A stretch of DNA of 64,000 nucleotides from Hemiscyllium ocellatum (taxonomy: Eukaryota), in contig NW_026867487.1 of NCBI RefSeq assembly GCF_020745735.1, forward strand, positions 4,419,239 through 4,483,238, in the 5' to 3' direction. The notes under the pieces were generated by a model. The model did no database searches and was not told the DNA's origin. It saw only the letters and a program-made list of their open reading frames with translations. A program made the translations under genes and the position numbers. Shown here in pieces: positions 35,735 to 49,859 of the stretch (positions are counted from its first letter, which is position 1; every line of letters begins with the position of its first letter).

Positions 35735-37733
35735 ACAAGGTTTAGAAGGTTATCTCAAGGTTTAGAAAAGCTATATATCTTACTTGGGATCCATCACTTG
35801 CCAGTCGCACCAAGAGCATGGAGAATCGGATAGCAAACAGCAAAGACTGGGCCATCTTTTGGGAAACATAAGGAGTTACTAATGCTATAGAATTTAACTC
35901 AGAGAACCTGTCAGATCCTCCTTTGTTTATTCCGAGTCAGATCCCCCAGAAGTAGAAATGAGTATCTTCGATGCAGTTCACTGAACAAACAGATGAACTC
36001 ATGGTTTGGTGACATCTGTTTGCAACTTCAAGGATGGCAATGATTCCATTATAGACTTATTTCCATTGGGTAATTATTGCTACATGAGAGACCCAGCCAA
36101 AAGCGTATTCAAATATAAATCTTCCGTTCAATCCACATTTAAGACAACTGATAAACAATCAATATTTATCTCACCACATAGGATCTTGAGGGAAGATAGT
36201 GAACTATGCTCCCTCTGTTGTGTGCTCTTAGAACTGTTCATGTGGTTGTGGATGACGGAGTGAGACCTTTTGATTGTATTCGATATTCAGTCTGCAATTC
36301 CAATTTATGGGAGCCGGATGTTGTGATACTTTGGACCTCATATGCCGAGCAGTAACAACAATTTGTATTATTAATCCACCTCATTTCACTGTGCAATTAC
36401 CAGGTGCATGTTCAATTGTACTTTGTATTCGCCATTGGCCTGAGGAATGAGAATGGAAGTTACTGGAGTAGTTCAGGAGGAACTTGGGAAGTAAAGCGGC
36501 ACAGATAGTTTTGTGGTGTTCGTTGCTTTCCGATATTCGTCCTGAACTCACAGACAGATACAAGCAATAGACAGGTAAACATGAACCCTAAAAACCAGCC
36601 ACTGTGGAGAGGGCCAGAAATGACACAATCCATCATAAACAGACCGGCTCAGATAAACAATGAGTGGAGTAGAATAATAACCCTTCATCGGAAGTTGCAC
36701 TTGACGGTTTCAAGTTTCAATCCCATCGTTCTTTTCACATTCTATCGCTTTTCAAGTTTAATCCCTGTCCGAGTCTTTTAACACCATTCTGAAAGTTAGC
36801 ATTTAAACTGCTACCACCGTCCTCTCACATGGTGAATTATAAATTAGAAGACAGTACAATTTGTCAAAAAGCTTACTGTTTCTTTTCAATTAATCAATCC
36901 TGATCTCGTTCATCATACTATCAGACCTCTTGCTAATCCAGCCGATATGGCATGTTCTATTCGATCAAACCCCCTGGTAACTTTGTGAAGCTCAGTGAAA
37001 TTATCCTTAACTTTACATCGATCCGGCCAATCAAATCTTGTCTTACGTGAAACCCAACATAACAGTCTCCTTTTATGCTCATTTATTCTCTCATAATCTG
37101 TTAATCTAGGTTCCACACAATCTAACTCGTCCTCAGGCAGAAATCATGGTCATCATATCACCCCATTTCAAGCATGTACACCTTGCATTCCCAGTCCCCA
37201 GTCCAGCACACTCACTCCCCTCCTTTCTCTGGCTTCACTGCTACAGCTATCATCTGCAGACTGTGAATCAAACCAATGAGTCTACTTTGGATTTTGGGGA
37301 CTTCAGCGTTTCTTTGGAATTCACCCTGCCCAATTCCAGCGGTTTTGTTCATGATCACACAGTGGAGAGTAGCTGAATTCCCATCAGTGGGGAACCTCTT
37401 ATTCATCGTATTCTCCTCCACATTCTCTGATTTGAAATGTCCTCAGATCGCTGTCTCATGTTTTGAGTTCTTCATCCGAGGCCTGTTTCGTCCTTCAGCT
37501 TTCCTATCTTGTTGCCTTTTATAGACGCCATAATACGTAATTAATTATTTTAACGGTAAAATTTCGTTATCCGGTGCCTATGTATTGAAAAGATATTTGT
37601 CAAAGCTTATCTAATCTCAAAGGCAAACCCAGTGATTTTGGAATCGGAAGTTGTTGTGGTGAGAACCATGAATAACTGAAGTCACTGAGCTTTTCTCACA
37701 ATATTACGGCTCTTAATCCATAATTTTTTTAGA

Positions 37734-37967
37734 ATGTGGTCACTATTTATCTTTTCCTTGTTATGCTTCATATAAAACAATTCATTGAGCATCCGGAAAC
37801 TCAGAGATTATGTGTTTTATTGGATAGACTTATTCAGATTGTTGATACTTTTTATATGTTTTGTTCAGGAACGAGCGCCCAAGATTCAGTTTCCCAGCAT
37901 CCACTTGAATAGACGGTTCAGGAAGGCCATACTACAACACTGAACTGTCGTTACATAAGAGCAGCAT
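37734..37967 (+). pseudogene. 3'-truncated family-B V relic, copy 2
   Basis: Paralog of 16270-16502. Exon starts at 37869 and homology to V-B ends at gcagcat. Confidence 0.8.
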
Positions 37968-38204
37968 TAATGCCTGAGTATGACGTTAATTTCTGAATTG
38001 ACTTTCCACCATAAATCGAGAGAAGGATAAACCTCTCAATAAAAACAGAGACCTTGCGATGGATAAAGAAGTAAGTTCGAACGAGATGTAACACCTGAAA
38101 ATGTGAGACTGACCAAGGAAATGAGAAAGATAAGAAAACAACAAAATATGCAACTGGAACGAATATTGTCTTTCATCGTCAACTGTTTCTGTTTCCCCTA
38201 TAGT

Positions 38205-38305
38205 TGACGTCACATTTGAAAACACAGCCAATCGCAGCAAAGGGAAGCCCTATTCAATTTCCCAAGGAGTGAGGTCATCTCCCGAGGTAAGATTAAATAT
38301 AAGAG
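38205..38305 (+). promoter_or_regulatory. Putative V-B2 promoter: perfect CRE, CCAAT, TATA-like
   Basis: TGACGTCA at 38205-38212, 147 nt upstream of the ATG, followed by cagCCAATcg and attaaatataag. Confidence 0.5.
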
Positions 38306-38351
38306 TCAGCAGAACATTTATAGTATGTTGTTTATGGTCGAAGCAGATATC

Positions 38352-38793
38352 ATGTGTTTACTGCATTTTTTATTGGTAATAATGGCCGTGGTGCCTGGTA
38401 AGTCACAGTACAATTTGAGATTGTGTGTTTAATTGGATATACCTATTCAGATTTTTAACATTTTTTTCATGTATTTGTTGCAGGAACGAGAGGCCAAGAT
38501 TCAGTTTCACAGGATCCATCTGAATGGACCGTTAAAGAAGGCCATACTACATTACTAAACTGTCGTTACACAACAGCAGCATCAGTTGGAGAAACTCTCT
38601 TTTGGTACATCCAGTATCCTGGGGAAGCTCCGAGATATTTACTGCAGAGATACGATAAGCAGCAAGGTGCCAGATCTACAGATTTCACTGACCGATTTTC
38701 TGCTAATTTGGACAAGGAGAAGAAAACGGTTCATTTAAATATCTCCGAGGCTCAAATCTCCGACTCTGCCGTCTACTACTGTGCACTGAGCTC
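38352..38793 (+). CDS. TCR alpha/delta-type V gene, family B copy 2, apparently functional (leader 38352-38397, intron 38398-38483, V exon 38484-38793)
   Basis: Leader MCLLHFLLVIMAVVP G|gtaagt and ttgcag| acceptor. V exon GTRGQDSVSQDPSEWTVKEGHTTLLNCRY..LFWYIQYPGEAPRYLLQR..DRFSANLDKEKKTVHLNISEAQISDSAVYYCALS is open, and the CALS ending is TRAV-like. Confidence 0.93.
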
Positions 38794-38832
38794 CACATTG
38801 ATACAGCGAAACAGCCAGCCTGTGCAAAAACC
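38794..38832 (+). other. 23-RSS of V-B2
   Basis: CACATTG, 23-nt spacer, GCAAAAACC. Confidence 0.93.
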
Positions 38833-40209
38833 GGCAAGACACCCTTACATCTCTTTCTGCATAAGATCACTGAACAGAATTATGAATTGTTAGCATAATA
38901 AAAACAACATTTCATGATTGCCTTGCCCAATTGTTTTCTTTTTTCCATATTGATTCCACTACATTCTGTTTAAATTCCTCTTTATATTAAGTTAGTTTTT
39001 TTTTATTACTTACAGTGAGCAGGTGAGTAAATGGCAGATTCTGGTACTAAAATTTCAACAGGACATATCATTCCTCATTTCCCAAAATAGATATTGATCC
39101 CGATAAAGAAGTCAAACTACTATTAATGCCCAGTTCATTATTCTTTTGTACATCAGCGAGGTGACGTTGTTCGGATGCTGATTTTTTTTATATTCAGAGC
39201 AAGGTCGATTGATTTGTGAATCTTCTTCGATATACGAGAGTTGGGGATAATGCAGAAAGGCGGATACACGATAAATCGTGGAGAAACAGGATTGAAGTTT
39301 CAAATCAAGTCATCCAGCTTCTCCTCACTGTGATCTGTGGCTTACATTGTGTCTTAACAAAAGGGGTATGAGTTGATCTAGTCCCACCTGGTGACACTTC
39401 CATAAATTAACCAATCGGCATTGACAGTGGATATGACACATCTGAATTTCTTCTCAAATCTGCCATTAGTTGTGTGCAGAATCACTTCAGCTTCATCTCC
39501 CTCTGCTCAAACCCACCATTATTTCTGAGCAGTCTCAGACACGGTGATAGAAACGGGAGCAAACCTTGTGCAGAAGCAAATCCTCAACATGAGAGAGGTT
39601 GTAGATAACCGTATATCGAGTAACATCACTTAAAAAATGGCCACCCGAAAATAATGTCTCGGAATATCTTCTGTTCATGCTGAAAAGAGGAGTGAGATTT
39701 CAAATTTCGTTTACTCCGCAATATGTAAATGGCAGGAAAAATGCACGGTGCAGTTATTTACAGTACATTTTAATAACTCATTTTGCTCATCGGCATCTTC
39801 GGCCAACAATGCTTGACACACACTTCACCATCGCCCCCACCCCACCCCAACCAAACTTCCTCACAACCCATGTTGTTTAGATGCATAATGCTTAAAATCT
39901 CAGAGAAAAATATAAATTGTTGAAAAAGCTCGGCACGTCTGGCAGCATCTGTAGAGAGAAGTCGGAGTTAACGTTCCTGCTTGAGTGACATTTCCTCTGA
40001 ACTAGTTGTAGCTCTGAAAATGCTGTTTTATGTGTAGAAATTAGGGTGGTGATAGTGTGTGAGAAGGAAACGATAAGTGGTGATAAAGCCCAAAGAGAAA
40101 GAAGAGCAATTGCACAGACCAAGCAGATGATAACGATCTGACTTTGCGGTTGAAAAGAGCATTAATGGGGACTTTTAGTGGCGAACAATATGTGTTGTAT
40201 ATTAATAAC

Positions 40210-40984
40210 AAGAGTGCGGTGCAGGAAAAAGCAAGGCAGGTCAGGCAGCATTGAAGGAGCAGTAAAATCGAGGTCTTGGGCATAAGCCGTTCATCAGGAA
40301 TAAGGCTTATGAGGCGGGGGACTGAGAGATAAATGGGAGAGGTGTGGAGCTGGGGCAAGGTAGTTGGGAATGTGACAGTTAGATGAAGGTGAGGTGAAAG
40401 TGATAGATTGGAGAGGTGGGTGGAGTAGGTCAGTGGGAAGGAAGATGGACAGTTTAAGATGGCGGTGCAGTGTTGGACACTTGACACTGGGATAAAATGG
40501 GGGAGGATAATTGTGGAAACTGGTGAAATCTACGTTGATCCTGTGTGGTTGCATGATCTAAGGTGGAAGATGAGGCATTCTTCCTCCAGGCGTCAGGTGG
40601 TTAGGATTTGGAAATGGAGAAGGCCCAGGATCTGCATGGTCTTGGTGGAGTAGGAGAGGATGTGGAATTTTTCAGCCAAGGGGCGGAGGGGTTGATTGGT
40701 GCGGGTGTCCCAGAGATGTTCTCTGAAACAATCTGCACTTTGGCGTCCTGTCTTCCCAAAGTAAAGGCGACCATATCGGGTGCAATGGATACAGTAGATG
40801 ACGTGTGTGGAAGTGCAGGTAAATTTCTGTTGAACGTAGAAAGATCCTTTGGAGCCTTGAACGGAGGTTGGGAGGAGGTTTGGGTGCAGGGTTTGCACTT
40901 CTGCTTGTGGCAGAGGAGGTTGTGGTCTTTAAAGAAGAAAGCCGTCTGGGATTTTCTCTGGTGGAATGCAGAGCCTTCCACTCC
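40210..40984 (-). mobile_element. Degenerate PLE, inverted arm including 3' terminal repeat
   Basis: Reads QGSKGSFYVQQKFTCTSTHVIYCIHCTRYGRLYFGKTGR. Contains a terminal cctgatgaacggcttatgccc motif at about 40265-40302. Confidence 0.82.
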
Positions 40985-43075
40985 CTCCACTCTAATCCCA
41001 ACATCACAATCAACCCAGGAGACAAGGTGCTGGGGTGTTGTGGGAGTTTGTAGCACCTACCTCACACTGCTGAAGCCAGGTGCCAACTCGCAGACCCTCC
41101 TCTTACTGCCCCCTCTACCACGACCTCACCTCCCATTACCAAACCATCAAGTCCCAGACCATTTACAAAATCATCACCTCTGAGTATCTCCCATCCACAG
41201 TGTCCAACCACATAGTCTAAAAATGCCACGCTGTCCGATTCTACATCTGACCCAAGATTCACAAACCTGACTGCACCGGTCACCACATTGTGTTAGCCTG
41301 CTCCAACCCCACTGAATTCATCTCTGCATAAGTAGGCACGGTCCTAACCCTTAGTCCAAGAACATCTCATTTACATTCAAGACACCATCCACGCCCTTCA
41401 GTTTCTCCAAGACTTTACTTTCCCCGGTCTGATCATCTTATCTTTACCATGAATATTCAGTCCCTGTACACATCCATACGCCATGACAAAGTCTTCCAAG
41501 GCCTCTGTTCTCTTTTTCCTCTCACACCGACCAAACAAGTAACATTTCACTGACACTCTCATCGAGCTGGCTTAAATGGTCCTGAAGCTCAACAATTTCT
41601 CATTTCAATCTCCCCACTTCCTCCAAACCATGGGCTCCCGATTGGGCCTCAGCTATACCTGCCTCTTCGTCGGGTATGCGGAACAGCACATCTTTCACAA
41701 CTACGCTGGCACCATTCCATATCAGTTCCTCTGTTGTACTGATGACAGTATTGGCGCTACCTCTTGCTCCTATGGGGACATTGACATCAACTACTCAAGC
41801 ACCTTCCACCTGATCTCAAATCCACCTTAACCATCTCAGATACCACCCTCCCCTCCCTGTACCTCTCCACCTCCATCTCCTGCAACCAACTATACATGGA
41901 TATTTACTAGAAACCCACAGACTCTCACACCTACCTGGAGTGCACCTCGGCCCACCCTGTCTCCTGTTAGAACGCCATATCTTGTTTCCAATTCGTCAAC
42001 CTCCACTTCCTCTGCTCCCAGGAGAATCGATTTTACCATGCAATATTCCAGATGGCCGCCTTCTTCAAAGACTGGAATTTCTGCTCTGACGTAGTCGACA
42101 ATGTCCTCTAGCGCATCTGCCTCACTTTCCACACTTCCACCCTTGGTCGCACCTCCAATCGCAAGATGGACCGAACACCCCTGGTCCTCACCTTCCACGC
42201 CACCAACCTCCTGGTATATTACTTCATCCTCTGCCAAGTCTGCCAACTGCAAACAAATCCCTGCACATATTTTCCTGCTCACCTGCATGTGCGTTTTGGA
42301 GAGTCCATTCCCTCCATGACTCCCTTGTCTGATCCACGCCTCACACCAGCCCAAACATATTCCCAGCACCGTCCCCTGTCGCCGAAAGAAGTGCAAAACA
42401 TGGGTACACACCACCCCACTCACATCTGATCAAGATCCTTCTACATTCGACAGAAATTTACCTGTACTTATGCATACGTCATCTGCTGTATCTGTTGCAC
42501 ACGTTATGGTCTCCTCTACAACAGGGAGACAAGCCACCAAAACGTGGATTGTTTCAGATAACATCTCCTAGACACCCGCACCAGCGAACACCATTATCCC
42601 TTCGCTGAAAACCTCAACTCCCTATCCCAATCTCCAAGAACATGCAGGTCCTGTGACTCCTCCGCCGCCAAACCCTAATCACCAGATGGCTGGAGGAAGA
42701 ATGCCTCACCGTCCGCCTTGGGACACTGCAACCACACAGGATCAATGTGGATTTCAACAGTTTCCCCATTTCTCTTCCCCAACTTTATCCCATTCCCAAG
42801 CATCTAAATTGCACCGCTCTGTAACCTGTCCATCTTCCATCCCACCTTTCCACTCTACCCTCAACTCCAAATGGCCAGTTTACCACCATCTTCATCAACC
42901 TATCACATTCCCAGCTACCCCTCCCCTTGACCGACTCCCCAGCCATTTATCTCTCAGCAGCAATCTACCCTCCCCCGGCCAACAGCCCTTATTCTTCATG
43001 AAGAGCTTATTCCTGAAATAGCAATTATCCTGTTGCTTGGGTGCTGCCTGACCTGCTGCGTTCTCTAGCACCACA
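40985..43075 (+). mobile_element. Degenerate PLE, RT through GIY-YIG and 3' end
   Basis: Paralog of 19071-21145. Confidence 0.85.
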
Positions 43076-43109
43076 CTGGAGCTATAAATTAACAGACAAT
43101 ACAAAGTCT

Positions 43110-43700
43110 GGTTGTGAGACTTGGGATAAAGACCTAGGAGAGCTCTAGCACGAAAGAAATCAGTATTGCGTCCAGAAGGCTCACGTTATCCAAGTGGAAA
43201 ATGAGGCGTTTGTTATTTTTCTAAGTTGTACTGAGCTTCACTAGAGTGTTGTAGTAAAACCTGAACCAAGTTATTGGATAGGGAAAAGCGTGGTGTGTTG
43301 AATGTTCAAGATCGTTTCCTTGTGAAGAGAATACAAGTGTTCTGCATAGCGGGCACACAGCCGACACTGCTTCCCCATTTAGAGGAGAAGACATTGTGAG
43401 TAATGAATGCAGTAAACTAAATTGGATGAAGTGCAGGTAAAGCACTGCTTCACCTGGAAGATATGTTTTGGCCATTGGATAATGAGGAGAGTGGAACTGA
43501 ACGAAAAGGAGTTGCATCTTCTCTGACTATAACCGAAGCTTTTGTGAGTCTGTGAGTGCTATTGGGGTTGAAGGGAGAGTTGGGCAGTGTGTCCAAGGCG
43601 GACTGGTCCATGCAGAAGGCTGACCAGGAGGAGGAAAGAAATGTCTGTCTGGAAATCCCACGTAGAATGTTTATCAGTCCTCAACCCGTCTGCACCCTCA
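43110..43700 (-). mobile_element. Older PLE fragment
   Basis: Paralog of 21190-21760. Confidence 0.6.
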
Positions 43701-44119
43701 CTCTGATCAGAGACAATGAATGAAAGCAGAACTTCTCGATCTAATTTCAAAAATCGAATTTATTTTATTCACATAGTTGTTTCGATTATTTAATGCCTGA
43801 GCTTTGCTTGAAATCACTCAGAGTTTAAATTGTTTCTACATTCAGTTGGCCACCAAACTTCTCTTAGGTCAATTAAAAGCAAACTTTCCACATTTGGTCA
43901 TTCTTTTCTGAGCAACAGAGTGAGCTTCTAATGTTTCTCTTTTCTAACATAAACAGGAACCTGTGGTTATTGACGTTATCAGTTCAAGGTCGTCCTATCT
44001 CACGACTTGCAGGAAGTGACATAAAATTAAACGTAATCCAAGCTGACAGCATTTTCTTTTTGGATGTTCTGCAGACTTTTGAGACACAAAATTTGACAAC
44101 GAATTCCAAACCAGCAGAG

Positions 44120-45207
44120 ATGTTGCTGTCCGTTCTCTCTCTGACCTGCATTACCTCCATTGTTGGTAAGGAGTTTCAAAAGAGGTTTAATTGTAGGTTT
44201 AATATATTTGAGAAACATAGTGCACGGATTTGACGAATATTAGAGATACTTCAAAGCACGCTTCGTACTTGCACGAAATTCTGGTCTCTGTCTTCCACAA
44301 AAAAGAAGGGACACAAACTGCAAGAGAAAAGTGATCTATACAGGTACTGCTGGAATTGAAAGTTGGACAGAAATCAACATGTCCGCTTGTATCCATTTCT
44401 CCCTTAATTGGAACACTAAAGGGTATCTAGATTAATGTCTTCACGGTGGTGAAAGGATCTTATGTTCGGGTCACGAAGCAACATAGTATTGTTGAGGAGG
44501 ATTCCAGGTTTATACATCTAAATAAGCAAGGTCAAACGGCACAAAGTTATCTAATGAGGATGTTGGGGAACAAGAATAACAGCTGTTTTTCCGGAGAACA
44601 GGTACAATAGGTTTTTATTAGCACAAGGGGTAGTTAGAGTGACGAACAAAGATGCACTGAAAAGTTAAGCAGATAAGCAGGAGAGGGAGAAAGGGATGGA
44701 GAGATCCACTATAAAAATGAGAGGGAGAAATAAGTGAGTATGCTTGTGGTTATTATGCACACAGCCATGAGGCCAACGACCTGAACGAGCCTCTTCTCCT
44801 CTAAATTATATCTATTTTGAAGATATCATAAAATTCTAAGTTCAGTTTACCTTAATCGAACATTTAATCTTTGTTTTCTGCTTTCCCTAATCTTGTGTTC
44901 TAGATCTGAGCGATGCAGTTTCTGTTACTCAACGGTATCTTTCGTTAACGCAGACAGAGGGACAAGATGTCACGTTAAATTGCACCTACACTGAAGATGG
45001 TTATTACTTGTACTGGTACCGTCAGTACTCAGGCAGAGAGCCAGAGTTTGCAGTTCGAAGGCACACGGGCGGTGGTGCTGTATTGAAGGCAGATTTCGCT
45101 CAGACCCGGTTTTCTGATTCCCTCCAGTCGACAGAGAAGTTGTACCAATTGACCATCTCGCAGCTTCTGCTGTCTGACACTGCCGTCTATTACTGTGCAA
45201 TAAGCCG
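44120..45207 (+). CDS. TCR alpha/delta-type V gene, family A copy 3, apparently functional (leader 44120-44165, V exon 44904-45207)
   Basis: ATG leader, GT/AG intron and an open V exon with C, W and YYC (..YYLYWYRQ..SDTAVYYCAIS). Confidence 0.93.
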
Positions 45208-45246
45208 CACAGTGACAGAAGGGAGTGAAAGCCTTGTACAATAACT
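45208..45246 (+). other. 23-RSS of V-A3
   Basis: CACAGTG, 23-nt spacer, ACAATAACT. Confidence 0.95.
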
Positions 45247-46324
45247 GCCGCGTGTTTCTGGGTCACAGCTGCTGTTGTTGCGGGCTGTTTGTAACAGTAG
45301 GTTACAGACTTAATCTTCATCTTCCTGTGAAGGATATGTCCCAGAGGACAGATCCCGTCATCAGCATTTACACTTGTTCACTTCGAATGCTGTTTCTGAT
45401 TATTGCATCGTGTGAGGACCGAGTACCCTGTGTATATTTGGGAATGTCAAGGAACACCTCATTCAATTTCATTGAGAATAAAATAAGTGCAGTTGACCAG
45501 GCACTAACCATTTCCATGTGTCGCCTTTTTTGAAATGAAATGCAACAAATAATTTTCAACGTGAAATTGCTTAATGGGGAGTAGAAAGCAGTCATCCATG
45601 TGAGAAGAATCTTAACATTTAAACAATCCCAATTGAGCAAGTATTAAAATATTAACAATAAAGGTTACATTCTACAACGAAACAAGGTAAAAGGGCGATA
45701 TTTTCAGGATATGATGAGAGGATAATAACAATGATATTGACAGCAACAATCTGGAAGGACAGGCGTGGGGTTCTTTTGGAATTCCTTTCATATTCGAGGG
45801 AATATGAAAGCCTTTTAATTTTTAAATGTACTAATTGTGCAGAACATTGGAAGGGCTTTTAGATATTTGCACTCACCAAGAAAGGCTGAATTAATAATTG
45901 AATAACAATTTTTTTTTCTTTTTTTCCTCTTGTCTATTCGGTGATTCTTTCCTGTTTCAGTTAAATATTCAGGAATGACTGGAAAAGAGTCAGGTCAGAT
46001 ATTTTTGGAGTCCAGTCTCTCACAAATCTTTTGAGGTATAAAATGGCATATAATCCCGAATCACATTTTAAAGGAAGTTCAGAATACATCTTATGTAAGT
46101 GGAGCAGAGGAACCCATTTCCAATGCAGCGAGTATATGGTCATTTCTCAATTAGGTTATTTTCCAGAAAACACATGGAAAGACCTGGTTTTTCTGCATTC
46201 TGCACCTCCCGTGCAACCCCTGATATCTGTTCTGTTCACTTTGTCACATTACACGTGTGTTTTTGTTTTCGGCTCCCACTGGTTTGCATGACCATATCCC
46301 TTAGCTTGCAGTAATACACGACGT

Positions 46325-46720
46325 TGTTGGGACTCTCCAACTCCATGGCATCAATGTGGATTTCACCAGTTTCCTCATTTCCTCTCCCTCAACCTATCCC
46401 AGTTCCAAACGTCAAACTCGGCACTGCCCTCAAGACCTGTCCTACCTGCCCATCTTTCTTCCCACCTATCCACTCCACCCTCCCCTCCGACCAATCACCT
46501 TCACCCCATGAGTATGACGGCATACTCACCTGCCGTCCCCCCCCCCCCCACACACACCCACCTCATTCCATTTATCCCACCACCCTCTTGGCTCACAGCC
46601 TTATTCCTGAAGAAGGGCCCTTACCTGAAACGTCGATTTTTACTGCTCCTCGGATGCTGCCTGGCTTGTTGTGTTTTTTTTCAGCTTCCTCCATTCTCAT
46701 CTCCACCCTCTGCCATCCTA
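46325..46720 (+). mobile_element. Short PLE 3' fragment (paralog of 4905-5290)
   Basis: Same terminal sequence. Confidence 0.72.
46603..46638 (+). ncRNA. Hammerhead-like motif with intact core and weakened stems
   Basis: AUUC CUGAAGA A GGGC CCUU ACCU GAAAC GUC GAUU. Confidence 0.5.
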
Positions 46721-47778
46721 CTTTCGCCTACGTTATCAGAGAGCTCAGCTCACCGACAGTAAAGTTCCCCTCATATTTCTAAACATCCATCAATCCAGAA
46801 AATCGAGTATGAATGCAGTTTGCTGTTACAGCATTCCCATATTTAAAAATGTCGATGAAGAATATTGCATCAGTTAGCCGACTCCTGACGGCACACTTTC
46901 AAGGGCTCTTTTACTGAGTGAATACTCACAACATATCTTTAGAACTGTGTCACTGTTACCAGCTCCTGCGATATCACATGTGCACAAGTAATATCTAAGG
47001 AAGTATAGAAAGAAAATGATATCAAAATAACGATGGTAATCAATGTTATGTAGTTAAAGCTTATATTGCAAGAACAAGAAGCATAGCTGAACAGATGATT
47101 GTCATAACCATGCTCCCTAGCAGTGATCGTATTACAACATACGAACTTATCATTTGAAGGAGTTGCAGCAGAACAAATAATAAAAGCCAATATGATTTTA
47201 GAGCGGATGGTGAATGGAACAAGAGATCGAAGCTGAATTGTTTCATTTAAGAATCAATGATGTGTCATGTCCAGTCTCCATGCTAATTAGTTTATTTCTG
47301 ACACAGTCACCCAATCGCCTTTCAGCTCCATTGTATTCCAATTCTAGGGACCAACGTTTCGTTATGTTTACCCCTAATGGGAGCTGGAGGAGTCAATTTA
47401 GTCTGTCGAAATTACCGCACCGGAAAATGAAGTCGTGGTTGACTTACCTCACGGCAAAAAGATTCCTCAAATAACTCCTGTCATTTACGACTCACCAATC
47501 TATCGACATTGTCTGAAATACTTTCTGACGACAGAATTAAGATTGAAATGAGCATTAATTTGAAATTGTGTTTTTATATAGAGTAACTGTGGGTCGTTCA
47601 TGGGTAATATTTAATGTTGTGGTACGAGTATTACGCTCTGTCATTAACTGTGCAGCTCACTGATCAGGAATAACCCACACAACAATTCTTTCAAAGAAAT
47701 TCACTGAAGTGTCAGTGTGTGATAAGCTGTAATGAACAGACATCAATGGGTAGCAGCTGTCACCAAGAAAACTGGGGC

Positions 47779-48113
47779 ATTTCTTCTACGAGGATTTTAC
47801 TTAGTTCCAGCACTGAAATGCACAGTTAGAGATCACGTGGTCACTCTGCATTAGCTCCGATATGATTAATTGGTACAACCCATCTGCTTGCTGGAAAGCA
47901 TGAGCGCTTTAACCTGAGCGAAACCCGCCTTAAACTCAGCAGCACAGCTCGTGCGCCTCCAGAATGCGACCACAGACTCTGTGACTGGTCACTGAACATG
48001 CAAAAACAAGGCATCAGCGTTTCCAGTGTACATGCAGTTCAATGTGAATTCTTCTACATCTGTGTGTGTGAGCGAGGGTTCACTCTGATTGACATGAACT
48101 GCATAGATCAGTT
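47779..48113 (-). pseudogene. Inverted V pseudogene V-C3 with relic RSS
   Basis: Collinear with V-C1 and V-C2. The relic heptamer (cactgaa on +) is at 47811-47817. Confidence 0.83.
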
Positions 48114-49859
48114 CATGACCAAGAGAGGAGGAAATGGAAATCCAGAAATTAAACGTTCAGTCGATTCAAGTTGAAGATTAAAGTTCATGGGTTACCAACA
48201 ACAATTGATCGCAGAAAAAAATCTCATTAGAACCATCCAGTCTGTGTCCGTGCGTGCAATAACCACAAGCATCATACCCATTTCATCCCTTATTCTACCT
48301 ACGAATCAGTCCATCCTTTTCTCCCTCCCAAGTTTTTTTCTTGTCTTCTTTTAAATACATCTTTGTTGCCATCTCCAAACACTCCTGGTGGTGATGACAT
48401 ACTCGTTCTACTTGTTCTCAGCTAAATAATGAATGGCGATGAACTGATTAAGCAATTTCAATATTGTTTTGCTGTCATTGCTGGAATATGAGTCACGATT
48501 ATTCAGTCACTTTGCTCGCATTACTTATTTGAATGCATAGCCATGATTGCACTTGTTTACCAAATAACTGACGAATCGTGACTAAATTCAACTTCTTTTA
48601 TTACAGTGGTTGAAATCTGAGTCAAGATTATTCAGAAAATTTGTCGGGATTATTTGCTTGAGAGCATAACTATGATGTTATATAATCCATAGCTAATTTG
48701 GTGAAATCACAGACACGATGACAGAGCTCCCACTAGTGGTGAGGACAGAAACATGACCTGCCTCTGCAAAATTACTGAATTTTCAATTAATTGAAAGAGG
48801 TTAGTGTCTGGTTTCGCAAATTATTGTTATTATTATTATTAATATTCGAATTGTTATCATCATCATCATCATCACCATCATCATCATAATTATTATTATA
48901 CATCTTAATGCAGATGCACAATTGCTCGGAAAAATATCAACTTGTTTGGTTTTCCATCTTCTACTGTTTACTTATTTTCAATATCCCAAACGGATCCTTC
49001 CAACCAAAGTAGAACCGCAGTGGTCACCAAAATTTCCATATGTTCACACAAATCAAGGCGATAGATGTGATCCTAGTTTTTATGTTCAATGTTTTTCATT
49101 CCAGTTGAAACTTACCCAAGCACAATGGGTTGTGACTACTGTGTCAATTATAACAGCTCACATGATTTCACTTCTGCGTTGAAAAGTGGAGCATCAGTCG
49201 CCGGAATCTGCAGATCATCGATTTAGGAAAGCGTGTCAGAGATTCCAGGGTAGAGGACAAAATAGAATTACGCAGAAATTTTCAGTTTCCATTGAACATC
49301 AAGGTTGATAAATTGCAAACTGCAGTTTGGAAGGACTGCAGATGCTGGCAGTCAGAGTCCATAAGTTATGGAGATGGGACGAATCAGTGGGTCGAACAGC
49401 GTCAGAGGAGCCTGGAAAAACTGCATTGTATGTCGGGACCCTTCATCTTGACTGATGAAATGTGGAAAATACGACGTGCATCCAGGATAAATGCTACTAG
49501 AAAACAGAACTAATGCTTTTATCAATCGCTCAAGTGTTCGTACCTAACTAAAGTACCTTCCCAGAAATTTACCGCGAGCTGCAAGGACGGGACCAAAACT
49601 GGCAAGCACCAGACCTGTTAGTTATCATTGCATTTCGATAAAAAAAATCTCGAAGTACAATTTGTGCTAATCGGAGAAAAATCTCAAGTTGTTGGTAGCA
49701 TGTTAGATTGCCTAGCATGGAGATGAAACGTCTGAGAGCAAATCTCTCTCTCTCTACCTCTCTCCCTATGTCTTTCTCTCCCTCCCTCACTCAGCGAGCA
49801 AACCAACAACTTGATCCACAACCTGAGCTACAAAACTTCTGCAACTTCTTAATATCAAA

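Noticed and set aside
36006-36263. YCYMRD followed by cccagcc, resembling a TRAV 3' end and heptamer
   Set aside because: Upstream sequence has no V framework and there is no nonamer.
43931-44233. 63-codon in-frame ORF extension upstream of the V-A leader (also 63091-63354)
   Set aside because: It overlaps the putative promoter, is frameshifted in copy 1 and lacks the ATG in copy 2. Its openness is explained by recent duplication.
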